A model generated the notes under the pieces. The model ran no database searches and was not told the DNA's origin. It saw only the letters and a program-made list of their open reading frames with translations. Below are positions 12,640-25,297 of a DNA stretch of 64,000 nucleotides, in pieces. Made by a program: the position numbers and the translations under genes. Within the stretch, counting starts at the first letter, position 1. The number at the start of each line of letters is the position of its first letter. The stretch is from Octopus bimaculoides (lineage: Eukaryota), in contig NC_068985.1 of assembly GCF_001194135.2 (NCBI RefSeq), positions 126,508,196 through 126,572,195 of the forward strand. The letters run 5' to 3'.

Positions 12640-12775
12640 GCTTCAAATTTTTGGCACATAGCCAGCAGTTTTTGTGAGGAAGGAGAAAATGAATTTCATC
12701 GACCCAGTACTTGACTGGTACTTATTTCATTGACCTCCCAAAAAGATGGAAAACAAAGTCGACCTCTGCGAAATT
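12392..12775 (-). mobile_element. Two SINE family A copies separated by (AAT)n
   Basis: Family A central domain in reverse complement at ~12392-12565 and ~12638-12775. Confidence 0.8.
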
Positions 12776-12778
12776 TTA

Positions 12779-12813
<35 letters not shown>

Positions 12814-13174
12814 AAACAAAGAAAAACGAGTGAAAAAGTATAGAAAGAACAATACAACAAAATAAATTAAATGAAAGAAATAAAAGATATTTTTTAAACA
12901 AAAAATAGAAGAATAAAGTAAAAGAAAAAAGAAAAACTTAAGTAATCCAATAATTCCATGACAATATTGTTACAAGAAAAAAATATAATGAGAAAAAAGT
13001 TTAACAAACAAATAATAACAGATGGGCGGGAGGGAGAAAGAAAGAAAGAAAGAAAGAGAGAAAGAAAGAAAGGACGAAGTGGCGTCATAGAGAAAGAACG
13101 GGAAGGAGACAGGGAAGAGAGTGAGAAGAGAGAAGAAAGAGGTGTAACATGGGTGACCTGTTATTAAGGTGCCT

Positions 13175-13285
13175 ACGTGGGAGTTAAGCCAGTTGACGTC
13201 GGCATGAGAGATATATATCCAATCTATTGAACCGCGGATTCGTCGCTGTATTTGCTGAATGCGTTTGACGTCACAAATGACGTGG
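13175..13285. promoter_or_regulatory. Cluster of CRE/ATF-like motifs in a non-repeat, CpG-richer patch
   Basis: TACGTGG (13175), TGACGTCG (13194-13201), perfect TGACGTCA (13266-13273), TGACGTGG (13278-13285). No linked gene seen. Confidence 0.25.
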
Positions 13286-13514
13286 TAGCGATCAATACTA
13301 TTGACAGGGATTTACTGGCACAATAAAATCTTATCCAGCACCGATTGATCGTTTGTACAGAGAAAATAGNNNNNNNNNNGGGGGGGGGGGGTAGACACAC
13401 CCTAAAACCACTTATTATTTCTTTCGAGCTATCCCCTATAGATAAATACATATATACACAGAATGACAGAGAATAGATAGATACATACATACATACATAC
13501 ATACATACATACAT

Positions 13515-13895
13515 TGTTGTTGGAACTCCGTCGCTTACGACGACGAGGGTTCCAGTTGATCCGATCAATGGAACAGCCTGCTCGTGAAATTAACGTGCAA
13601 GTGGCTGAGCACTCCACAGACGTGTTCCCTTAACGTAGTTCTCGGGGATATTCAGCGTGACACAGTGTGACAAGGCTGGCCCTTTGAAATACAGGTACAA
13701 CAGAAACAGGAAGTAAGAGTGAGAGAAAGTTGTGGTGAAAGAGTACAGCAGGGTTCGCCACCATCCCCTGCCGGAGCCTCGTGGAGCTTTAGGTGTTTTC
13801 GTTCAATAAACACACACAACGCGCGGTATGGGAATCGAAACCGCGATCCTATGACCGCGAATCCGCTGCCCTAACCACTGGGCCATTGCGCCTCC
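13515..13895 (-). mobile_element. SINE family C, near full length
   Basis: 3' part mirrors 14160-14340; tRNA-like head at ~13820-13895. Confidence 0.85.
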
Positions 13896-14022
13896 ACACT
13901 TACATACATACATACATTTTTGAAACTCGATTTCGAAGCGCATATAAATCTATAACTAATAAGAGGTATAATAGGGAGTTTTCAGCCCAAATTTACATTT
14001 TAGCTTTATATTCTTTCTAAAA

Positions 14023-14340
14023 GCACATGGCTTAGTGGGTAGGGTATTCGGCTCACGATAATAAGGTTGTAAGTTCAATTCCCAGCGACACATTGTGTCC
14101 TTGAGTAAGACACTTTATTTAACGTTGTTCCAGTCCACTCACCTGGCAAAAATGAGTAGTTCCTGTATTTCAAAGGGCCAGCCTTTTCACACTCTGTGAC
14201 ATACTGAATCTCCCTCAGATCTATGTTAAAGGTACACGTCTCTGTAGAGTGTTCAGTCACTTATGCATTAATTTCACGTGCAGGCTGTGCCGTTGATCGG
14301 ATCAACTGGAATCCTCGTCGCCGTAACTGACGAAGTGTCA
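14023..14340 (+). mobile_element. SINE family C, full length
   Basis: Head gcacatggcttagtgggtagggtattcggctcacgat, B-box-like agttcaattccc, central ttgtgtccttgagtaagacact. Confidence 0.88.
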
Positions 14341-14426
14341 GTTCTATGTACTTAGAGATCCAGCTCCGAAAACAAATTGTTATTTCATGTTATCTCGAAA
14401 GTTTATAATTTTTAAACATGTCAACA

Positions 14427-14470
<44 letters not shown>

Positions 14471-14619
14471 NNNNNNNNNNATATATACATATATATATAT
14501 ATAGATATATATATATACATATATATATATGTACGTGTGTGTACATGCATGTACGTGTTTATGTATATATATGTGTGTGTTTGTGCATGTACGTTGCTGT
14601 ATCACTATATCACTGTATC

Positions 14620-14905
14620 ACAGTATCAACCAAACCATCGGATGTTGTTATACAATGCTAGTCACATTGCGCTTCCTCGCATTTTTGTAGCTTTCGAATG
14701 ATGCTACACTGCTGGCAAGGCAGTAAGGTCAGCATTCCCTCTAAACGAAACGCCAGTCCGTCGCAGGTCATCCATATACAGCTGAGTGGACTGGGGCAAT
14801 GTGAAATGAAGTGTTTTGCTCAAGAACACAACGCATCGCCTGTCTGAGAATCGAAACACAACGATCTTGCGACCGTGAGTACAGCACCCTAACCACCATG
14901 CCATG
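14620..14905 (-). mobile_element. SINE family C, alternative 3' tail
   Basis: Shares head/central block with family C; 3' part resembles 56040-56150. Confidence 0.75.
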
Positions 14906-15270
14906 CATATATATATATATATATANNNNNNNNNNNNNNNNNNNNNNNNNNNNNNNNNNNNNNNNNNNNNNNNNNNNNNNNNNNNNNNNNNNNNNNNNNN
15001 NNNNNNNNNNNNNNNNNNNNNNNNNNNNNNNNNNNNNNNNNNNNNNNNNNNNNNNNNNNNNNNNNNNNNNNNNNNNNNNNNNNNNNNNNNNNNNNNNNNN
15101 NNNNNNNNNNNNNNNNNNNNNNNNNNNNNNNNNNNNNNNNNNNNNNNNNNNNNNNNNNNNNNNNNNNNNNNNNNNNNNNNNNNNNNNNNNNNNNGATTAC
15201 GCGAATTTAACGTTAGCGTCTTATGAAGGTAAATTTATAAGTTCTAAAATTGTAGAATAATTCGTTGCTG

Positions 15271-15342
15271 GGCAGTTTAGTTTAATGGTAAAACACTTGA
15301 CGCGTAATCACAGAGATGTGAGTTCGAGTCTCATGGCTGACC
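15271..15342 (+). tRNA. tRNA-like gene/pseudogene, anticodon CGT (Thr)
   Basis: D-stem GTTT/AAAC, T-stem GTGAG/CTCAT with TTCGAGT loop, acceptor GGCAGTT/GGCTGAC (one mismatch), anticodon loop CGCGTAA (G at position 33; two stem mismatches); T5 run at 15352-15356. Confidence 0.55.
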
Positions 15343-15442
15343 GGTAACGTATTTTTCTGCAATATATGGATAATTTATTCTCATCACGCTATTTATAGCA
15401 TTGTCACGCATTTGAGAAATAAATTTATTTCTGTATCATATA

Positions 15443-15489
<47 letters not shown>

Positions 15490-15492
<3 letters not shown>

Positions 15493-15790
15493 CTTTACTT
15501 GTTTCAGTCATTTTACTGTGGCCATGCTGGAACACCGCCTTTAGTCGAGCAAATCGACCCTAGGACTTATTCTTTGTAAGCCTAGAACTTATTCTATCGG
15601 TTCTTTTGCAGAACCGCTAAGTTACGGGGACGTAAACACACTAGCATCGGTTGTCAAGCAATGTTGTGGGGACAAACACTGACATACATATGCATATATA
15701 CGACAGGCTTCTTTCAGTTTCCGTCTACCAAATCCACTCACAAGACTTTGGTCGGCCCGAGGCTATAGTAGAAGACACTTGCCTAAGGAC
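15490..15790 (-). mobile_element. SINE family B, 5'-truncated
   Basis: High similarity by eye to 57603-57940. Confidence 0.9.
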
Positions 15791-16559
15791 ATAGTTTATT
15801 TTAAACCAGAGACTGTTAGAAATCCAGTTAGAATTCGTGTTGGAAAAATATACTATCTATATACATATATATTATGTATATACATATATACAAACACATA
15901 CACAAACATTCACGCATGCATACATACATAAATACATATGTGTTTATCTTGATGTGGGATCGCCGTGTCGCGCAGATATGGTTGTGATGCATGTGCCTGG
16001 TGTACCGTTATCAGACTGGTAGTCATGATGGGTATAATGGGCTTCGTATATTTTACCTGTGTCACCTTGATGGCATGCACTGCTCTCTCATACATACATA
16101 CAAAAATACTCTGTTGTTGATGTTGAAATTTCACTGAAGAAGCGTTGGATCTAGGTTAGAAACTGACACTTTCTCTATTGGCAAGAAATCTTGAAATAAA
16201 ACTGAACAATGACATACATACATACTTACATATCAAGGATTCTCCACAATTTCTAGCAGAACAACCAGTTAAATGATTTATTTGTAGTGATCAAATGGTT
16301 GTGCTGTACATTAGCTCACTCCCGCCACACACTTGTCGAAGTGATCACTGAACAACGTGAAATGAAGTGTTTTGCTCAAGAGCACACTGCACCGCGCAGT
16401 CCGAGAATCGAAGCGACGATCTTGAGATCATGGGTGCAACACACTAACCACTAAACCATACGCTTTCATGCATGCATGCATGCATACATACATACATACA
16501 TACATACATACATACATACATACACATGCATACAGACGCACATGCATACATACATATTT

Positions 16560-17160
16560 ACGGAAATAGGAAACAGCTTTACTTTCAAACATTTCTATTA
16601 AAAACACAACTATGTTCAAGATTAATCTTTATTAATGATTTTTTTTCATATTTTCTTACAAGTCCTTTACGTTCACTTTGTTACAATATCGTTCCTCAAT
16701 TCACTGGTCTGAGAATCTCATTTTCAAACGGATGTTCATTGCGTGTTGTTCGCACGTTCTGCGGTAAATCGCAAAAGATTTTGGAAATAATTTTATAACT
16801 GATAAAATCATCGTCGGATTTCAAATTATATAACAAGTTCTTGTAAGTGTCGTAATATTCTGATACATTGTTTTCTTTTTACAAGTGAGGTATCTGTGAG
16901 TTTAATTTGGGTTTATGTTTTGATATTTCTAATGCTTCTATATATATATTTTCTGATATTTTTTGTGCAATTCTATATAAAGTTGCATTGCACCGAAAAC
17001 TCATATTTTACCATCTATCTTTATTCCTTGCGATGTATTGCAATGGATTACAATGGCTTCTTGTTGCAATAGCATAGTCAGCCTACGGCATAGTGTCGTA
17101 TTTGTATGTCCGACGTAAAAGTTCTAGTCATGAAGTTCACAGCAAAGTTTACATTGAAAT
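16560..17160 (-). mobile_element. Penelope-like element 3' remnant: decayed GIY-YIG endonuclease plus 3' region
   Basis: Minus-strand translation FQCKLCC..FYVGHTNTTLCRRLTM..AIVIH ... EALEISKHKPKLNSQ (~16890-17160), with stops. Confidence 0.65.
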
Positions 17161-17761
17161 TTACATGTATTTGTATATATTTGCCGCTAAGTTGTGTTTG
17201 TAACACACACGCGCACACACAGACACACACACATACACGCACACATACACGCACTCACATCTTTTACTTAAAGGGTTTTGATTGAACAAATCAACCCCAA
17301 GACTTATGTTTTAAGCCTGGAACTTATTCTATCGGTTCCTTTTACCGAACCGCCATGTTACGAATATGTAAGCACACCAACACCGGTTGTCAAGTAGTGG
17401 TGGCAGAAAACACAGTCACAAAGACACGCAGACACACACACATATATACATGTGTGTGTGTGTGTCTTTGTGTCTGTGTTTGTCCCCTCCCCGCCACTGT
17501 TTGATAACCAATACTGGTGTGTTTACGTTCCCGTAACTTAGCGCTTCGGCAAAAGAGACCGATAGAATAAGAACCAGGCTTTTAAAAATAAGTAAAGGAT
17601 AAATACTTAATGACAGACAGATCTGAGAGAAAAGAATACTACAGTTCTCCACACAAAAAGAAAAAGACGAGATCACTCTAACTACGAGAAATTTAGGATC
17701 TATCACTCGGTTTCCATAGCGTATAAGTGACTAAGATCACAACGCCACCCCTGGACAGGAC

Positions 17762-19085
17762 GCGATTTTTTTTCCCACGAGATTTCTGGACCCCAGTAAT
17801 GAACTCATTTGCATACAGCCAATCAGAGCTCACCTTGACCTTGTTGTCTAGTTAACAAAGATTGGTATTGAAAATGGCGACCTCCGACTGCCATACAAAT
17901 CTTGTATTGTGCTTTCATTCAGATGCCAATATCATCGATACTGAACACATACGCTGACATTGTGCTGACCGTGACGACGACTGCATGGAGTCGAACGATC
18001 AGAAAAATGAAAATGATGGAGCTGACTGCAAGTATATGGAGATTTCAGATAGGGAACATGATGATGTGACAAATCCACGGCTAGAAAGTTTACACTTGCA
18101 GAGCTCTCTTCAAAACCAATTTGATACACGGCAAAATTTTGATACACGCGGTTGCACATCAAAATCAAATGCTGAGGATGGAAATGAGTCAATAATCAAT
18201 GAGCTAAACAAAGCTTTTCTTGCTTTACAACAAAGTTATGTCCAAGACAAAGAATTCCTTGGGGGACCAGTGAAAAAATTCACCAAGCAACTTTTGGAAC
18301 TAACTTCTGAAACAGATATTGCGTTAGCTTCCACGATTCACTGCTTTGGTCGGTAATCTGGTGTGGCGCATGCTCTTGCCAAGAAAAAACAAATATCTCT
18401 AGTGAGAATTTTTTTTTTCTCACAAACGGAAATCTCTAGTCAGTATGAAGACAATTGGTGTGCAATCAACTGCAACATCCAGGGTAAAGATGGTTGATGG
18501 TGTGCAGAGACTGCATTGGTGCTGGCAGACCGTTGAAGGATTGTTTGAAAAGTATGAAAGGAAAGGTGCCTAGACGCAAAGCCCAACATAACATTCGTGA
18601 ATGTGTTAAAAACAACCAATCTCTTGGTAAAACACACCCTACCAAGTAAACTCAAGATGAAGAACGGTGTTGTAAGTTGACCGATCGCCAAGTTACGCCT
18701 GATTTTAGAAGGAAACAAGTAATTGGATAGATTTGCATTTATACCTGTTATCGGATTTTGTTAGGGCTCCATATGCTAAAGATGTGGATGGGTAAAATGT
18801 GGGTAGAGGGTGATGTGCTAGCAAGCCTCTCTCCTTACTGTTTTACAAAGTAAACAACAACACAAATAACTACGTAGAGGCAGCCGTGGTTGAAACAAGA
18901 ACAAGAACAACAAGCATTATTAAAAGAGAAAAGAAACATGGTCATTCCTTACCCAAGTGACCTTATCTTATCGCCCATCACTTGTTATGCGCTCATAAAT
19001 TAGTTTGTGAGCTGAGCTTTGATTGGCTGTATGCAAATGAGTTCATAACTGGGGTCCGGAATTCTCGTGGGAAAAAACATTTCGC
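17762..19085 (+). mobile_element. Internally deleted Mutator-like (MULE) DNA transposon inserted into a family C SINE
   Basis: ~70-bp TIRs (17762-17832 / 19013-19085; 60/64 identical in the core); probable 9-bp TSD GGACAGGAC (17753-17761) / AGACGGGAC (19086-19094); internal peptides LASTIHCFGR, IGVQSTA, GAGRP, RRKAQHNIRECVKNNQSLGKTH* resemble animal MULE transposase C-termini (from memory); SINE halves continue at 17705-17761 and 19086-19235. Confidence 0.75.
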
Positions 19086-19436
19086 AGACGGGACGCCAGT
19101 CCGTCGCTGGGTTACTCATTTACAACTGAACGGACTGGAGCAACCTGAAGTGTTTTGCTCAAGAAATACAACTCACTGCCCGGACCGGGAATCGAAAGTA
19201 CGATAACATCCAAACCACAAGGCAGGCGCTTTCATGTCTACAGGAAATAGCAACTAAAATATTTTTCCTTAAATCACACCCTACCTTCTTCAAAAACGGG
19301 GAAGAAAGTGGGGCACATTACATTTCTGTATGCAAAATAATGTCTGGAAGGAAAGACGGTGTGATCACATCTAAAGCTCTTCCAAATCACATGACTGCTC
19401 TATCGGATATTACCTTGGGCCAAACAACAACAGAAA

Positions 19437-19473
<37 letters not shown>

Positions 19474-19926
19474 AGAAACTCTTAATAAAAATGGTAGAAT
19501 ATTAATTGAAACTATCCTAACAGAAAAACAATCCCTCGTCCATAAACAAACTACTAATCGGAAACGAAAGACGGCTGATGTATAAAATAACATTAGCATA
19601 ACACGTATGACGCATAAATATACACGAATACATACTCTAAGTTTGAAAAGCATACGTGAAAAATAATACACAGTAACACGGAGTTTAATACGATTGCTCT
19701 CTAGTCTCAAGGCCATAAGTTTTCTTTGTTTTTGTTTTTATCTTTCTCTTTCTTTTTTTATTACATACAAAAAGGTAAATAGTCGTTGAACTCTATAATT
19801 GTATTCATAAAACGTATAACTTGTTTCCCAGTGTAACTTGTTTAGGAATTCTGTCGTAGTTCCACACAAATAAGGTATAGCATAATGGTTTCTTACTGAC
19901 TGCTCTAGATAAGAGTGTGTGTGTGA

Positions 19927-19971
<45 letters not shown>

Positions 19972-20018
19972 TGTGTGTGTGTGTGTCTGTGTGTGTGAAT
20001 ATATGTATGTATGTATAT

Positions 20019-20069
<51 letters not shown>

Positions 20070-20916
20070 TATATATATATATATGTATATATGCATACAT
20101 ACATATATATATATANNNNNNNNNNNNNNNNNNNNNNNNNNNNNNNNNNNNNNNNNNNNNNNNNNNNNNNNNNNNNNNNNNNNNNNNNNNNNNNNNNNNN
20201 NNNNNNNNNNNNNNNNNNNNNNNNNNNNNNNNNNNNNNNNNNNNNNNNNNNNNNNNNNNNNNNNNNNNNNNNNNNNNNNNNNNNNNNNNNNNNNNNNNNN
20301 NNNNNNNNNNNNNNNNNNNNNNNNNNNNNNNNNNNNNNNNNNNNNNNNNNNNNNNNNNNNNNNNNNNNNNNNNNNNNNNNNNNNNNNNNNNNNNNNNNNN
20401 NNNNNNNNNNNNNNNNNNNNNNNNNNNNNNNNNNNNNNNNNNNNNNNNNNNNNNNNNNNNNNNNNNNNNNNNNNTATATATATATGGACTTTTCCGTCGT
20501 TTGACAACGTATGAGGCTTCTGTAATTTTCTGCTGAACAACCACACAGATAATTTGTTTATAGTGATCAAATGTTCGTGTTCACATGAGCTCGCTCCCTA
20601 TATCAAATCGACATACCTGTACACCATCTGACATGTGGCACGACTTGCCACATGTCAGATGACGAAACGATCGCAGAGCCACATGAAATGAAGTATTTTG
20701 TTTCAAAATACAACAAAACCACCGGTCGAGGAATCGAAACGACGATTGCTGAACACTCGTAGCAACAATCCATCTAGGAAAATGTAATCTCTGAAATAGA
20801 ACCATTCAACGAAGACTTGAAACCAACGGATACTATTTTCTACAAAAACATTATGGCATGGAGATATTATAGTTTCGTCTACTAATGGTTGATGATGATA
20901 ATAATGATAATAATAA

Positions 20917-21122
20917 TGGTTTCAAATTTTTCCACAAGGGCAGCAATTTTGGGGGAGGGGATGAGTCGATGCCAGTGTTCAACTGGTACTTATTTTATTG
21001 ACCCTGAAAGAATGAAAAGCAAAGTCGACCTCGTCGGAATTTGAACCAAGAACATAGCGACGGGCGAAATACCGCCAAGCATTTCGTCCAGCGCACTAAC
21101 GAGTGGGCCAGCTCGTCGCCCT
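20917..21122 (-). mobile_element. SINE family A
   Basis: Family A head and central domain in reverse complement, (AAT)n on tail side. Confidence 0.88.
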
Positions 21123-21214
21123 GATACAGTAACAGGCAGTGGCTCTCATAGCTTATGATTTTAACTGATTGATAGTGTTATCATGTACAAGTCTTGTCTT
21201 ACTATAAAAGATGG

Positions 21215-21643
21215 TCTACAGCAAATATTCTGCTCAATACCACAGATTTGCTTGTCAGTTGCTTGACCATAGCCAGTTGAGCATGTCCCTTGGTGGCTAA
21301 CGATATGTGCATCTCTGACCACGAGCAGAAGTAGTAGGGAGGGGCATCGTAGCCATGTGTTGAGAGGAATTCTATGGGGTTTGAATAATTCACCTCTGTA
21401 GGCATGGGTGTTTCATTCCTCATTTTTAAACAAACCTTATGCAAGGATTTCTGAGCAGGATGGGCTATTTGACTGGGCCCCACCTACAAGGTCTCTTCAT
21501 ATGAGATCACTCTGTCGCATAGATGTGGTTGTAATGCATGTGCCTGACGGACTCCTATCAGACGGGTAGCCATTTTGAGTATATTGGGCTTTGTATACTT
21601 GTACCCCAGTGGCACTTTGATGGCATGCACTGCTCTCACACTC
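21215..21643 (+). mobile_element. Unclassified interspersed repeat family D with (AAT)n tail
   Basis: Homologous to 62635-62971, 22455-22590 and 15935-16090; ends gcactgctctc.cactc(AAT)n; no clear tRNA head. Confidence 0.75.
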
Positions 21644-21655
21644 AATAATAATAAT

Positions 21656-21713
<58 letters not shown>

Positions 21714-23269
21714 TCACACGCATATACAAACACACACATAAATACATACAGTATATACATATATACATACATATATAGATACATACATACGCGCATGCAT
21801 ATGTGTGTACATGTGTACGTATGTGTGTGTGAAAGAAAGAGAGAGACTCAGTGTGTGTGGGTGTGCGTGTATGTACATTTATATATGTGTGTATTAATGT
21901 CTTAGTGATCGTGTTTCTCCCCACCTCCACCGTGTGACAACAAGTGTTGGTTTGTTTATATTCCCGTAACCTAGTAGTTTGGCAAAAGTGACCGATAGAA
22001 TAAGTACTAGGCTTAAGAATCAGTACTGGGGTTAACTTATCGGATTAAACGTTTGAAGGCAGTGGCCTAGTATGACTGCAGCTCACTGACTGAAACAAGT
22101 AAAAAATAAAAAGATAAGCCTTATGGTTTCATAAAAATAAGTCTTTTTATGTTTTCTAAAAACATAAAATTGTACTTTCAAGATTTAATTTTAAATAATT
22201 CTGTGTAACAAAATTTTTACTTTTTTATTTTCATTTATTTATATATTTAGTTTTGTATTTGGTCAGTCAGTGTTATTTCTTTTTTGCTTCTATCTAGAAA
22301 TCAAAGGAAGTGACTAATATGCCTTTTAAATCTTGCTTTTGTGACCTGGACATCAGTGTTTTCAAACTGACCTATTTTCCAACGCATTTCGGACAAATTC
22401 AGCGCTGAGTTGCTGAAGCAGAAATATCATGACAGTAGCTATTCTGCCCAATACTTACTTGTCAATTGCTTGATCTTAATCACTTGAGCATGTCCCTTGG
22501 TGGCAGACAATATGTGCACCTCTGATCATGAGCAGGAGTAGTTGGGGACCATCATAGCCATGCGTTGAGAGAGTTTCTTTGGGGGTTTGAATAAATCTAA
22601 CAAAAGCACAGTTTGAAGGAAATATTAGCCATTTTTCATACTACTTAGGGGCAAGCAAATAGGAAATAACAGTTGCTACCCGAGGGAAAAAATCATGTTA
22701 CACAATGTAATTAAACAAACTTTATTCTCTACATCAAATACATTAGCATCCTCTTAATTATAAATTCTTCATGCAGCAGGTACCCTGGGTATCCCCTTCG
22801 TCTTCAGAGTATGTCCACTTGACTAACTGGAATTCAGTCACAAACGGGTATACTCCGTCAGCTGGTTCACAGACATGTTGTCTCTAGTCTGTCTATTTTG
22901 TTGCTACAATGATGGCTTCTGCTTCTCGAAGCTGGCTGGTCTCACACTCCGGCTCCTCCTGGTCAATTCGTCTTCCCACGCCTCGTCATTCTTTGTGCGT
23001 CGAACCCCAACAGTCCACACTACCCACGTTTCCCAGTCATTTCTTTCCCCCAGGACATCGGCTCTCTGAAATATTCTTCTTACTCATGTTTTTCCTGCAG
23101 GTGCTGACCTGCAATGTTCAAATGGAACATTAATAATATTAAAAGCATTAAATTCAGCGGGGCGTGAGTGCCTTCAAAAGTCAATGCCCCTTCGTCTAGA
23201 CTCGGCAAGTAAAAAATAAAAATCAAAGTATATAAGCCATTAAAGAATATGGCTTTATTTTAATCACTG

Positions 23270-23830
23270 ATATGCAGTCATTTATTTAGTCATGTGACAT
23301 TTTATTGAAAAATTATAGTCATTTAAACATATAACATTATTTTAATCAAAATATATAGTCATTGAAATATATAACATTATTTTAATCAACCTATATACAG
23401 TCATTTATTTAATCATACGACATTTTGGTGAAAATTTATACTACCATTTAAATATATAATATTATGTCAATCGAAGTATATAGGGTCATTAGAATATATG
23501 ACATTATTTTAACCAACGTACATACTGACATTTATTTAATCATATGACTTTATTTTAGTGAAAATGTATTTTATCATTTAGACATATAACATAATTGTAA
23601 TTGAAGTATATAGTGTCATTGCAATAGCAAAGGTTATACTATTTAAATATGTGACATTATTTTAATCAATGCATATGATATCATTTAAATTTGTGATATT
23701 ATAACCAAAGGATATATTGTTATTTAAACATGTAACATTATCTTAATCAAAGTATATATTGTCATTTATTTAAACAATATTTTATTACTTTAATCAAAGT
23801 TTCTATTGTCATTTAAACATTATTTTAATA
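23270..23830. repeat. Degenerate AT-rich minisatellite (~35-40 bp unit)
   Basis: Recurrent gtcatttaaa.at.t.acattattttaatcaa motif, more than ten copies. Confidence 0.8.
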
Positions 23831-23837
23831 AAGAATA

Positions 23838-24268
23838 TGAGGTGCGTTAAAAAATTAACCGACTTTATTTTACACGACGGTCATCCATGACTGCCGAAAG
23901 TTTCTCAATCGGTTGCTTGTTTTGGCTTGAGGACGGCCATGTTTGAAGTTGGCTTACCACTCATTGATCTGAGTCTTACCCGTGACATCATCGTCAAAGG
24001 CCTGCTGAATCTTCTGGATGGGATGAGTTAGAGTGTCATCATGTTATTGGCAAAACTTGATGCAATATTTCTTATTTGGTGCGTTCGGTGAAAATGAAAA
24101 TCCGATGAACGCGTGCTACGCGCCTGCACACTAGGCGTAACAATTGGAGAATGACAGGGCTTACCGCCGCGAAAATGTTCACGCATGCGTAGGAAGAGTG
24201 GATTTTTCCCACGTTACATTAGTTTTGGCGGGAAAAAATAGTGTCGGATACCGTTTGAATGCACTTCG
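23838..24268 (-). mobile_element. Internally deleted mariner element
   Basis: TA on both flanks (23836-23837, 24269-24270); TIRs 18/26 identical; minus-strand IQKIQQAFDDDVTGKTQINEW*ANFKHGR resembles the mariner N-terminal HTH region. Confidence 0.8.
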
Positions 24269-25003
24269 TATACTGTCACTTAAATATATATCATAATTTA
24301 ATAAAATCTATATACTGCTCTATAAACATGATCTATTAAACATTTATTGATATAATGACATCATACTTAAATAGCAGCGTATAATTAGACAATAAACAAA
24401 GCAGGAATATTGCAGAAATACTACGCAACGATGTGCAGTACAAATTGTGTCATTACTTAACAGCGCAGAAATAAATCATAGAACTTTTTTTCACTGACGT
24501 TAAAGCAACAACAATAACCAATAAATAAATAAACAAATTTATTTTCAAAATAATATTAGTGAAGATATACTTACCACGAGACAAATTCCAAAACGATAAA
24601 AATACACGACTGTAAAATCCTTTTGTTGTTGTTATTTTGCCTTCACCAGTCTTTGATTGCAACTCGACAACCTTTCAAATATTCCGTGCTTGCTGAGCAG
24701 CAATCAAAAGATGAGTAGACATTTTGTTTAATTTCTTATAGCTCTGTGGTTCCTTCTGTGACATGTATAGTAGAACTGCATACTGGTCATTCCATTATAG
24801 GTCCTTTTCTTTATGCGTCTAATTTATACACAAAATGTATTTATGTGCGTGTGCTTAGGAGCATTTACAAACACACGCACACATACATGCGCGCACGCAC
24901 GCACATAATGTGCACATTATATATTTTGTTTTATATATATTATATGATATACAAACCATGATATGTACGATATATATACCGTATGTATATTTCTAATCTT
25001 ATG

Positions 25004-25069
<66 letters not shown>

Positions 25070-25262
25070 GATTTTATATATGTAAATATATGCGTGTGTG
25101 TGTATATTTGTGTATATGTATACACACACACACACACATATATATATATGCCTACCTATATACATACATATAGTTATATAGAGAGATACATACATATACA
25201 CGCAAACACTCGCACGCACACATGCATGCATACATATATTAGGAAGAGAGAGACAGAGACAG

Positions 25263-25297
<35 letters not shown>

